A stretch of DNA of 64,000 nucleotides from Gemmatimonadales bacterium (GTDB taxonomy: Bacteria > Gemmatimonadota > Gemmatimonadetes > Gemmatimonadales > GWC2-71-9): contig JANRIW010000027.1 in assembly GCA_033764505.1 (NCBI GenBank), positions 100,720-164,719 of the forward strand. The letters are read 5' to 3'. The position numbers and the translations under genes are program-made. This document shows, piece by piece, positions 9,379-17,375 of the stretch. Numbering within the stretch: position 1 is the first letter of the stretch; every line of letters starts with the position of its first letter. The notes beneath the pieces are model-generated. The model saw nothing but the letters and a program-made list of their open reading frames with translations, ran no database searches and had not been told where the DNA came from.

Positions 9379-11200
9379 TCATCTCGTCCAGCGTGGGCTG
9401 ATCACCGAGATGCAGCTCGCCGTGGCGCTCCAGCAGCAGGAGCGCACCGGCGAGCGGCTGGGACGCCTGCTCCTGATCCTGGGGAGCATCCGGCGGCTCG
9501 ACCTCGGCCGCGCCCTGGCCGAGCTGTGGAAGCTCCCGTTCATCATGATCACGCCCGAGGCGGTGACGCCGGCGGTCGCCCAGCGCTTCCCGCTCGAGGC
9601 GACGCTGCGCTTCCGCGCCGTCCCGATCCGCGATGACGGGACCACGCTCACCGTGGCGATCGCCGATCAACCCACGGACGAACTGCGCGACACGCTCCGC
9701 GTCGTGTACCCCGACCGCACGCTCGACATGCGGGTCACCACCGAATGGGACATCGACCAGGCGATCGCGATCGCCAACCGCCGCAAGGTGGTCGACACCT
9801 CGATCTACGGCCTCTACTTCCGCGACCAGTCCGAGAGCGCCTTCACCGTCTTCACGCTGCCGCAGTACCTGCTGCTCGGCGTGGTGCTGCTCGCTCTGCT
9901 CGTCGGCCTCTGGGCCGCGCCCACCACGACGCTGTTCGCGCTCAACGTCCCGATCACCCTCTTCTTTCTCACGGTGGTGATCTTCCGCACCGTGGTGGGA
10001 ATCAGCGGCGCCGCGGCCGAGACCACGGTGACGATCACCGACGAGGAACTGCAGGCGCTGCGCGACCGCGACCTGCCGACCTACAGCATCCTGGTGCCGG
10101 CCTATCGCGAGTCGGCGGTGATCGGGCGGCTGCTGCGCTCGTTGCGTGCCCTCGACTATCCGGCCGACAAGCTCGACATCCTGCTCCTCCTGGAGGAAGA
10201 CGACACCGAGACGCTCGCCGCGGCCAAGGCGGCGGCCCCCGGGGCGAACGTGCGCCTGATGGTGGTGCCCAGCGGCCAGCCGCAGACCAAGCCGAAGGCG
10301 TGCAACGTCGGCCTGCTCTTCGCGCAGGGCGAGTACCTCGTGATCTACGACGCCGAAGACCAGCCCGAGCCCGACCAGCTCAAGAAGGCGGTGCTCGCCT
10401 TCCGTCGCGGACCGAAGGAACTGGTCTGCCTGCAGGCCGCCCTCAACTACTACAACTGGAACGAGAACTTCCTCACGCGGATGTTCACGCTCGAATACTC
10501 CTTCTGGTTCGACTACCTGCTGCCGGGCCTCGACAAGCTGCGGCTGCCGATCCCGCTCGGCGGCACGAGCAACCACTTCAAGACACAGATCCTGCGCGAA
10601 CTCGGTGGCTGGGACCCCTTCAACGTCACCGAGGACGCCGACCTCGGCATCCGTGCCGCGATGCACGGCTACCGCGTCGGCATCGTGAACTCCACCACGT
10701 ACGAGGAAGCGAACAAGAAGCTCGGCAACTGGATCCGCCAGCGTTCCCGCTGGATCAAGGGCTACATGCAGACGGCGCTCGTGTTCTCGCGCAACCCGGT
10801 GTCGCTGGTGCGCCGCGCGGGCCTGCGGCAAACGCTCGGCTTCGCGCTGCTCATCGGGGGCACGCCGCTGATCTTCCTCTTCCAGCCGATCTCGATCCTG
10901 CTCACCATCGGCTGGTTGATCACCCGGACGACGGCGCTCGACCCGCTCTTTCCGCCGGTCATTCTGTACCTGTCGCTCTTCAACCTGCTGATCGGCAACG
11001 CGCTGGCGATCTACATCAACATGTTCGCGGTGTTCAAGCGGCGCCTGCACCCGCTGGTGCTCTTCTCGCTGCTGAATCCGCTGTACTGGCTGCTGCACTC
11101 GATCGCGTCGTTCAAGGCGCTGGGCCAGCTGTTCACGCGACCCTACTACTGGGAGAAGACCACCCATGGTCTCACCCGGCACCCCGCCGCTACCCACTGA
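9356..11200 (+). CDS. processive family-2 glycosyltransferase (BcsA/synthase-like) with N-terminal MshEN c-di-GMP-binding domain
   Basis: GTG start overlaps the upstream gene by 23 nt. N-terminal T2SS-E/MshEN domain, 2 TM helices, and a GT2 core with the DAED, TEDADLG and QRSRW (QxxRW) motifs of processive beta-glycan synthases. C-terminal TM helices; no PilZ domain. Confidence 0.8.
   Translation: MSSTRLGDHLVQRGLITEMQLAVALQQQERTGERLGRLLLILGSIRRLDLGRALAELWKLPFIMITPEAVTPAVAQRFPLEATLRFRAVPIRDDGTTLTVAIADQPTDELRDTLRVVYPDRTLDMRVTTEWDIDQAIAIANRRKVVDTSIYGLYFRDQSESAFTVFTLPQYLLLGVVLLALLVGLWAAPTTTLFALNVPITLFFLTVVIFRTVVGISGAAAETTVTITDEELQALRDRDLPTYSILVPAYRESAVIGRLLRSLRALDYPADKLDILLLLEEDDTETLAAAKAAAPGANVRLMVVPSGQPQTKPKACNVGLLFAQGEYLVIYDAEDQPEPDQLKKAVLAFRRGPKELVCLQAALNYYNWNENFLTRMFTLEYSFWFDYLLPGLDKLRLPIPLGGTSNHFKTQILRELGGWDPFNVTEDADLGIRAAMHGYRVGIVNSTTYEEANKKLGNWIRQRSRWIKGYMQTALVFSRNPVSLVRRAGLRQTLGFALLIGGTPLIFLFQPISILLTIGWLITRTTALDPLFPPVILYLSLFNLLIGNALAIYINMFAVFKRRLHPLVLFSLLNPLYWLLHSIASFKALGQLFTRPYYWEKTTHGLTRHPAATH
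9368..9529 (+). other. tandem 24-residue MshEN motifs (c-di-GMP binding site)
   Basis: RLGDHLVQRGLITEMQLAVALQQQ fits RLGxx(L/V/I)(L/V/I)xxG(L/V/I)(L/V/I)xxxxLxxxLxxQ exactly. A 5-residue spacer (ERTGE) follows, then a second, more degenerate copy RLGRLLLILGSIRRLDLGRALAEL. Confidence 0.75.
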
Positions 11201-12557
11201 GCCGCGCGCGGCGCGGTGGGTCCGCGCGGTGCTCGCCGTGCTGGCCGCCGCCCCGCCGGCGGTCGCGGCGTGGTTGCTGATTGGCCAGGGATGGCGAAGC
11301 GACGCGCACGGCGCCTTCCTCCAGCGCGTGCTCTTCGCCGCCGACCGCGGCCGCCTCGAGCTGCTCGGCTTCGAGTATCCGCCGCTGCCGTTCCTGCTGC
11401 TGTTGCCGTCGCCGACCGACGGCTGGACCATCCTGCTCGGGGCGCTCGGACTGGCGGGCCTCGCCTGGTGCGTGGTGGACGAGTGCACCTCGCGGCGGAC
11501 CCTGCTCCCGTACCTGCTCCTCCTTTCGGTGCTGTGGACGCCGCTCGGGCTGCACTTCACCGCCTCGAACTTCAACGAGGCGCTCGGGCTGGCGGCGCTC
11601 TTCGTCGGCTGGCGGCATTACCGTCGCTGGTGGGCCACGCGCAAGACGGTGCACGGCCTCTACACCGGATTGTGGCTCGGCCTCGCGTTCTACACTTCGC
11701 CCCTCGGACTCGGCCTCGCGCTGATCGCGGGGGCCGTGTTGCCCATCCTCTTCCCGCGACTGCAGATCCCGCCGTTTGCGTCGCAGATGGTGCTGCTCGT
11801 CTTCCCGGGCTTTGCCGCCACGGTGACGTGGGCGTACCTCTCGCTGGTCTTCACCGGTCGGGTGGCGTTCCCGTTCACGCCATGGGAGCGCGACTCGCCG
11901 ACGGTGGTGCAGATCCTCCAGTGGACGGTGCCGTACCTCGTGGTCACGGCCATGGCCATCCTGCGCCCCAAGGTCACCACCGCGGGCATGTTGCTGCCGT
12001 TCCTGCTCCTCGCCGCGGCGACCTTCACGGGCTGGCACTTCTCGCTCGCCTTTGCCGCGACGATGCTGATGCTGGTCGCGATCGTGGCATTGCCCGCCGA
12101 CTTGAACCGGCCACAGCGCTGGATGCTGGCCGCCATTGCCATCATGCAGGCGGTGGCGGCGTGGTGGCTGCTGCCGTGGCCGACGCCGAGCGATGCCGAC
12201 CGGCGCGATCGCGCCGTGGCGCAGGCCCTGGCGGTGGCGCCCCCGCGAAGCATCCTGCTCGACGACCGCTGGGCCTCGGGGCTGCTCAAGTGGACGCCGT
12301 CGTTCGCGCCCTACCTCACGACCCGCGACACCGGTTTCGACATCGCCTTGGCGCTGCCGAGCATGGCCGTACAGTACATCCTGGTGACCGCCGACGATGA
12401 CGGCCTCAGCCTCGACATGGATCGGCGGCCGCCGGTCGGCTTCGTCGAGGAATGGAGCTGGAGCGGGTACACGCTCTACCGTCGCCCGGCCGCGCCGCGA
12501 TTGCCGGTGCGATTCACCTCCACGCTCACGTCCGAGACGCGGGGTTCTGCCCAATGA
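11166..12557 (+). CDS. polytopic membrane protein, paralogue of 5732..7291 (GT-C-like candidate)
   Basis: 463 aa, multi-TM. Shares DA..H/..R.V, L(E/Q)(L/M)LG, P(L/V)P(F/H)LLLLP and (N/T)E..(L)LA..L....RW blocks with the 5732 gene. Start overlaps the GT2 gene end. Confidence 0.5.
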   Translation: MVSPGTPPLPTEPRAARWVRAVLAVLAAAPPAVAAWLLIGQGWRSDAHGAFLQRVLFAADRGRLELLGFEYPPLPFLLLLPSPTDGWTILLGALGLAGLAWCVVDECTSRRTLLPYLLLLSVLWTPLGLHFTASNFNEALGLAALFVGWRHYRRWWATRKTVHGLYTGLWLGLAFYTSPLGLGLALIAGAVLPILFPRLQIPPFASQMVLLVFPGFAATVTWAYLSLVFTGRVAFPFTPWERDSPTVVQILQWTVPYLVVTAMAILRPKVTTAGMLLPFLLLAAATFTGWHFSLAFAATMLMLVAIVALPADLNRPQRWMLAAIAIMQAVAAWWLLPWPTPSDADRRDRAVAQALAVAPPRSILLDDRWASGLLKWTPSFAPYLTTRDTGFDIALALPSMAVQYILVTADDDGLSLDMDRRPPVGFVEEWSWSGYTLYRRPAAPRLPVRFTSTLTSETRGSAQ

Positions 12558-13372
12558 CGTATCGCCTCCTTGTCGCGTTGTGCGTCGCGCCGTGCCTGCT
12601 TCCCTCCGCGGCACTGCCGGCGCAATGGACCGTGAAGCCGGGGGGCTGGTTCATGTCGCACGGCTTCAATACCGGCCGCTTTCCCGATCGCTTTTCGAGC
12701 GGGCCGTTCGCGACCGAGAACGCGCTCGAGAAGCGCGACTGGGGGATGTACTTCATCTACGGGTGGAAAGAGGGATTGAGCGTCGGCCTGGGCCAGGGCT
12801 TTGCCCGCCTCGAAGACAAGCGCAACGGCCAGTCCACGACCACGACCGGCTTCGGGGCCACCGGTCTCTTCGTGATGAAGCGCCTCGCGCAAGGCAAGGG
12901 CGGCATCCTCTCCATCCAGCCGCGCGTGGACCTGCCGCTGCTCTACGACACCGAGGCGCGGCCGGTGCTCGGACCGGTGAGCACCGACGCCGAGATCCGG
13001 TTGCTGTACGGCAACGGCTTCGGCGCCCTTGGCACCCGCGGCTTCGTGAGTGCGTCCGCGGGAGCGGCCGCCTGGCGGCGCGGCGCCGATGAAATTCGCT
13101 ACGACCTCACCGTGGGACTCGACGCCGGCCCCCGGTTGCTGCTGATGGCCCAGGCCTTCAACGTCGCCGCCTTCGAGGCCGGCGACCTCGCCTACAGCGC
13201 CACCAAGATCGGCGGTTCCGCCGTCTGGCGCGTCTCGAAGGGTGTCGGCATCCAGGCGGGCTATTTCGGCGGCGTGTCGGGCAAGAACACCGCCCGCGAG
13301 CGGACGGCGTCGGTCGGGATCTGGCTCAACCGCGAGGCCCCGGTGGGGGCCACGGCGGCGGGACCCCGCTAG
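12554..13372 (+). CDS. secreted protein, possible small outer-membrane beta-barrel
   Basis: The ATG overlaps the upstream stop (ATGA). Signal peptide MTYRLLVALCVAPCLLPSAALPAQ, then alternating hydrophobic/polar strands rich in G, Y, F. Function not recognised. Confidence 0.4.
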   Translation: MTYRLLVALCVAPCLLPSAALPAQWTVKPGGWFMSHGFNTGRFPDRFSSGPFATENALEKRDWGMYFIYGWKEGLSVGLGQGFARLEDKRNGQSTTTTGFGATGLFVMKRLAQGKGGILSIQPRVDLPLLYDTEARPVLGPVSTDAEIRLLYGNGFGALGTRGFVSASAGAAAWRRGADEIRYDLTVGLDAGPRLLLMAQAFNVAAFEAGDLAYSATKIGGSAVWRVSKGVGIQAGYFGGVSGKNTARERTASVGIWLNREAPVGATAAGPR

Positions 13373-13441
13373 CTTCCTGCTCCTCCGCCGCGCCGCGACC
13401 CCTTCGTCGGCGCCCGGATGCCCACCGGAGTTGGACGTAGT

Positions 13442-15343
13442 ATGGCTTTGCTGGCACTGCAGGACCTGACAATCGCCTTTGGCTCCGCCCCCCTGCTCGA
13501 TGGCGCCAATCTCGTCATCGAGCGGGGCGAGCGCGTCTGCTTGCTCGGGCGCAACGGCGCCGGCAAGAGCACCGTGATGAAGCTGCTCGACGGCTCGCTC
13601 GCCCCCGACAAGGGCGTGTTGGTCAAGCAGACCGGCGTGAGCGTCACGCGGCTCGAACAGGACGTTCCCGGCGACGTGGCCGGGACCATGTTCGACATCG
13701 TGGCCGAAGGCCTGGGTGAGGCCGGCCTCCTCCTCGCCCGCTACCAACGCGCCTCGCATCGCATCGCCACCGACCACAGCGAAGCCGCCCTCAACGAGCT
13801 CGACCGACTGCACCATGCCCTCGACGCCGCGAATGCGTGGCAGGTGAAGAGCCGCGTCGAGACCGTGCTCGAACATCTCGGCCTCGATCCCGAGGCCCTC
13901 TTCGCGGCCGCCTCCGGTGGGCGGAAGCGTCAGGCGCTCCTCGCCCGCGCGCTGGTGCGCGAGCCCGACGTGCTGCTCCTGGATGAGCCGACCAACCACC
14001 TCGACGTCGAAGCGGTCGAGTGGCTCGAGGAGTTCCTGATCGCCAAGGGGATCACGCTGGTCTTCGTGACCCACGATCGGACCTTCCTGCGTCGCGTAGC
14101 CACGCGCATCGTCGATCTCGATCGCGGCCAGCTGATTGACTGGGGCACCGACTACGACACCTACCTCGAGCGGAAGGAAGCGGCGCTCGAGGTGCAGGCC
14201 AAGGAGTGGAGCGAGTTCGACAAGAAGCTGGCGCGCGAGGAAGTGTGGATCCGCACCGGCATCCAGGCGCGCCGCACCCGGAACGAGGGACGTGTGCGCG
14301 CGCTCGAGGCACTCCGCCTGGAGCGCAGTGCACGGCGGGAGCGCGTGGGCACGGTCCGATTGCAGGCGCAGGAAGCCGAGCGGTCGGGGCGCCTGGTGAT
14401 CGAGGCGAAGGGCGTCTCGTTCAGTTATGGCGAGCGGCCGATCGTGCGCGACCTCACCACCACCATCACCCGCGGTGACCGCATCGGCCTGATCGGCCCG
14501 AACGGTTCCGGCAAGACCACGCTCATTCGCCTCCTGCTCGGCCAGCTCGAACCGCAGGCCGGGACGGTGCGGCTCGGCACCAACCTCGAGATCGCCTACT
14601 TCGACCAGCTGCGCGAACAGCTCGATCCTGAGCAGACCGTGGTGAACAGCATCGGTGACGGCACCGAGTTCATCGAGATCAATGGCAACCGCAAGCACGT
14701 CCTCGGCTACCTGCAGGACTTCCTCTTCTCGCCCGAGCGCGCGCGCACGCCGGTGAAGGTGCTCTCCGGTGGCGAACGCAACCGGCTGTTGCTGGCGCGG
14801 CTCTTCACGCAGCGCTTCAACGTGCTGGTGCTCGACGAGCCGACCAACGATCTGGACATCGAAACGCTCGACCTGCTCGAAGACCTGCTGCTCAACCTCA
14901 ACGCGACGTTGCTGGTGGTGAGCCACGACCGCGCGTTTCTCGACAACGTCGTCACCAGCACGCTGGTCATGGAGGGCGCGGGTCGGGTGGGCGAATACGT
15001 CGGGGGCTACTCCGACTGGCAGCGGCAACGCGCCGCCGCGGTGCGCGAGGCGGCCAAGCCCTCGACTCCCAAGGCGACGGCCCCGGCACCCTCGAAGAGC
15101 AGCAAGAAGAAGCGCCTCTCCCACAAGGAGGCGATGGAACTCGCCGCGCTGCCCGACCAGATCGACGCCGCCGAGCAGGAGCGGCAGCGGCTGCTCCTGT
15201 CGCTCGCGACGCCGGCGATGCTCCGGGACGGGGACGCGATGGCCCGGGCCAAGGCCGAGTTGGTGGGCCTCGACGAGCGGATCCATGCCCTGACCGGGCG
15301 CTGGGAGGCGCTGGAGCTGCTGGCCGCAGGGGAGGAGGGGTGA
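13442..15343 (+). CDS. uup: ABC-F family ATPase (Uup-like)
   Basis: Two ABC cassettes (GRNGAGKST, GPNGSGKTT; [18 protein letters not shown]; LSGGERNRL) and a C-terminal charged coiled-coil tail. No TM domain. Confidence 0.8.
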   Translation: MALLALQDLTIAFGSAPLLDGANLVIERGERVCLLGRNGAGKSTVMKLLDGSLAPDKGVLVKQTGVSVTRLEQDVPGDVAGTMFDIVAEGLGEAGLLLARYQRASHRIATDHSEAALNELDRLHHALDAANAWQVKSRVETVLEHLGLDPEALFAAASGGRKRQALLARALVREPDVLLLDEPTNHLDVEAVEWLEEFLIAKGITLVFVTHDRTFLRRVATRIVDLDRGQLIDWGTDYDTYLERKEAALEVQAKEWSEFDKKLAREEVWIRTGIQARRTRNEGRVRALEALRLERSARRERVGTVRLQAQEAERSGRLVIEAKGVSFSYGERPIVRDLTTTITRGDRIGLIGPNGSGKTTLIRLLLGQLEPQAGTVRLGTNLEIAYFDQLREQLDPEQTVVNSIGDGTEFIEINGNRKHVLGYLQDFLFSPERARTPVKVLSGGERNRLLLARLFTQRFNVLVLDEPTNDLDIETLDLLEDLLLNLNATLLVVSHDRAFLDNVVTSTLVMEGAGRVGEYVGGYSDWQRQRAAAVREAAKPSTPKATAPAPSKSSKKKRLSHKEAMELAALPDQIDAAEQERQRLLLSLATPAMLRDGDAMARAKAELVGLDERIHALTGRWEALELLAAGEEG

Positions 15344-15461
15344 CGTTTCGCGATGAAACCTTCACTCCCGCCCTCACGTAACTTCCGGGAACGCTCCATC
15401 ACGGAGCGCGGCATCACGGCGGCCCACAGGGGGCCGTCGGCATTTTCCCGGAGACGACGTC

Positions 15462-15953
15462 ATGCGATTCACCCCCGCTGCCCTTCTGCTCACGCTGCTC
15501 CCCGCTGCCCCGATCGCCGCCCAGGCGCAGGAGCGGCATGAATTCCAGCTCCACGTCGAGCCCGTCGCCGTCGGCATCCGCTCCGCCACGCCAATCGGCA
15601 AGGGATGGCGCGTCGGTCCCACCCTGATCGCCGGCCCCTTCGAGGGGGTCGACCTCAACGAATCCACCTCGGGCGACCTGCAGGAAATCCTGAATGGCTT
15701 CCTCACCTTCGGGTATCGCTTCACGCCCGGTGCCGAGCTGGTGATCTCCCCCATTGGCGCCTCGCTCGGTACGGGCGACGACTACGCCGCCGTCTACCCG
15801 AGTGCGCAGGCCGGCCTGCAGGTGAAGGTGGGTCGGGCGTGGATCGGATCGGATATTCGGGTCATCCGCATCGCCGAGGGCAACAACCAGGGCACCTACT
15901 GGACGCAGTGGATTCCGCTGCGCGTCGGCCTGACGCTCGGCAAGGGTCGCTGA
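15462..15953 (+). CDS. hypothetical secreted protein
   Basis: 163 aa. Signal peptide MRFTPAALLLTLLPAAPIAAQA and SD-like GGAG upstream. No recognised family. Confidence 0.5.
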   Translation: MRFTPAALLLTLLPAAPIAAQAQERHEFQLHVEPVAVGIRSATPIGKGWRVGPTLIAGPFEGVDLNESTSGDLQEILNGFLTFGYRFTPGAELVISPIGASLGTGDDYAAVYPSAQAGLQVKVGRAWIGSDIRVIRIAEGNNQGTYWTQWIPLRVGLTLGKGR

Positions 15954-16015
15954 GCCGTTGGTGCGCATCGGTCGCCGGGCAGCGTCTCCATCACACTGAC
16001 GCCGCCCGGCGTCCG

Positions 16016-16408
16016 ATGGCCCAATCCCCGGAGTTGCCCGTGTTCACCTCGCCTGCTGCCCCACGATCGCGTCGCGCCCGTCTGCTCCTGGCCTCGCTCG
16101 CGACGCTCGTCCTGACCGCGTGCCCTGGCGCCACCGACATCAAGAAGCTGCTCGACGATCCCTCGCAGTATGAGGGCAAGACCGTCCGGATCGCGGGGGA
16201 AGTGACGGAGTCTGCAGGCGCGCTTGGCTACGGCGTCTATCAGGTCAAGGACGAGACCGGCACCCTGACGGTGGTGAACCAGACCGGCAGCGGCGGCGTG
16301 CCTCGCGTTGGCGCCAGGGTCGGGGTCGAGGGCACCTTCCGCTCGGCGTTCACCGTGGGGAGCCGAACGGTCGCTGTGGTCATGGAGAAGAAGCATCGAA
16401 CCGAATGA
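16016..16408 (+). CDS. hypothetical lipoprotein (OB-fold-like C-terminal part)
   Basis: Internal ATG of ORF 15605..16408. Lipobox LVLTAC. The mature part, YEGKTVRIAGEVTE...YQVKDETGTLTVV, resembles small OB-fold periplasmic proteins. Confidence 0.5.
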   Translation: MAQSPELPVFTSPAAPRSRRARLLLASLATLVLTACPGATDIKKLLDDPSQYEGKTVRIAGEVTESAGALGYGVYQVKDETGTLTVVNQTGSGGVPRVGARVGVEGTFRSAFTVGSRTVAVVMEKKHRTE

Positions 16409-17372
16409 GAGGCCCCGCATCAATTCCTGCATCTCCCTGACCATCCAGACGAGCGCGCTTCTCCTCCTGCTTGGATGCGGCAACACTGCACCGCCGAGCC
16501 GGGAGGGGAGGCTCACCGTCCCCGCGGCCCAATTGTGGTATCGCGTCGTCGGGACGGGTGACGCCGTGCCGCTGCTCGTGATCCATGGCGGTCCCGGCGG
16601 ACGGAGCTGTGACCTCGCCCAACTCGAGGCGCTCGCCACCGACCGTCCGGTGATCTTCTACGACCAGCGGGGCAGCGGCCGATCTTCCCTGGCGACCGAC
16701 ACCGCCTCGTGGAACCTGCCCCGCTTCGTGGCCGACCTCGACACCTTGCGCCGCGCCCTCGGCCTGTCGCAACTGCACGTGTATGGCCACTCCTGGGGCG
16801 CCGCGCTCGCGGTGGAGTACCTCCTCACGCACGGCACCGAGGGCGTCCGGTCGTTGACGCTGGCATCGCCCCTGGTGAGCGCGCCGCGCTGGGCGGCCAT
16901 CACCGACTCCTTGCTCGGCGCGTTGCCTGCGGGCTCGCGCGACGCGGCTCGGCGGCTCGAGGCGCAGGGCGCCACCGATTCTCGCGAGTATCGCCTGGTC
17001 GTGCGACGCTTCGACGAGCGGTGGGGACGTCGCGTCGCGGAGCCGTACGAAGTGAGCACGGCTTGCGCCTCGGGCGGCGACCGCAACGATCAGCTCTACC
17101 AATACATGTGGGGACCGAGCGAATTCGCGGCGACCGGCACGCTGCGCGACTTCGACCGCTTCGAGGCGCTGCGCGGACTGCAGGTGCCGACGCTGGTGAT
17201 GGTCGGCGAGCATGATCTCGTGGTTCCGGCGGAGGCGGAGCAGATTGCCGCGCAGATCCCGGGGGCAGAGCTCGCGGTGATTCCAGGAGCGGCGCACGTC
17301 GCGATGCAGGACGCGCCGGGGCCGTATGTGGAACGGCTCCGGCGCTTTCTGGCGAGGACGGGTGGGCACTAG
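16308..17372 (+). CDS. alpha/beta hydrolase, prolyl aminopeptidase-like
   Basis: HGGPGG oxyanion motif and GHSWGA nucleophile elbow. Lipobox LLLLGC about 55 aa after the only canonical start, which overlaps the upstream gene by 101 nt, so the true start is uncertain (see finding). Confidence 0.7.
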   Translation: MAPGSGSRAPSARRSPWGAERSLWSWRRSIEPNERPRINSCISLTIQTSALLLLLGCGNTAPPSREGRLTVPAAQLWYRVVGTGDAVPLLVIHGGPGGRSCDLAQLEALATDRPVIFYDQRGSGRSSLATDTASWNLPRFVADLDTLRRALGLSQLHVYGHSWGAALAVEYLLTHGTEGVRSLTLASPLVSAPRWAAITDSLLGALPAGSRDAARRLEAQGATDSREYRLVVRRFDERWGRRVAEPYEVSTACASGGDRNDQLYQYMWGPSEFAATGTLRDFDRFEALRGLQVPTLVMVGEHDLVVPAEAEQIAAQIPGAELAVIPGAAHVAMQDAPGPYVERLRRFLARTGGH

Positions 17373-17375
17373 CCC

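Noticed and set aside
11050-11200. A PilZ domain at the C-terminus of the GT2 synthase.
   Set aside because: The protein ends about 20 residues after the last TM helix. No RxxxR ... D/NxSxxG motif is present.
9209-11575. 788-aa ORF antisense to the GT2 synthase. Similar very long antisense or out-of-frame ORFs occur at 12476..15286, 20547..23111, 28758..30473, 39016..41496, 41195..43525, 44966..46705 and 60522..62450.
   Set aside because: They are typical high-GC artefacts. The translations are Arg/Gly/Ala/Pro/His-rich with no recognisable motifs. Each fully overlaps a gene with strong family signatures on the other strand.
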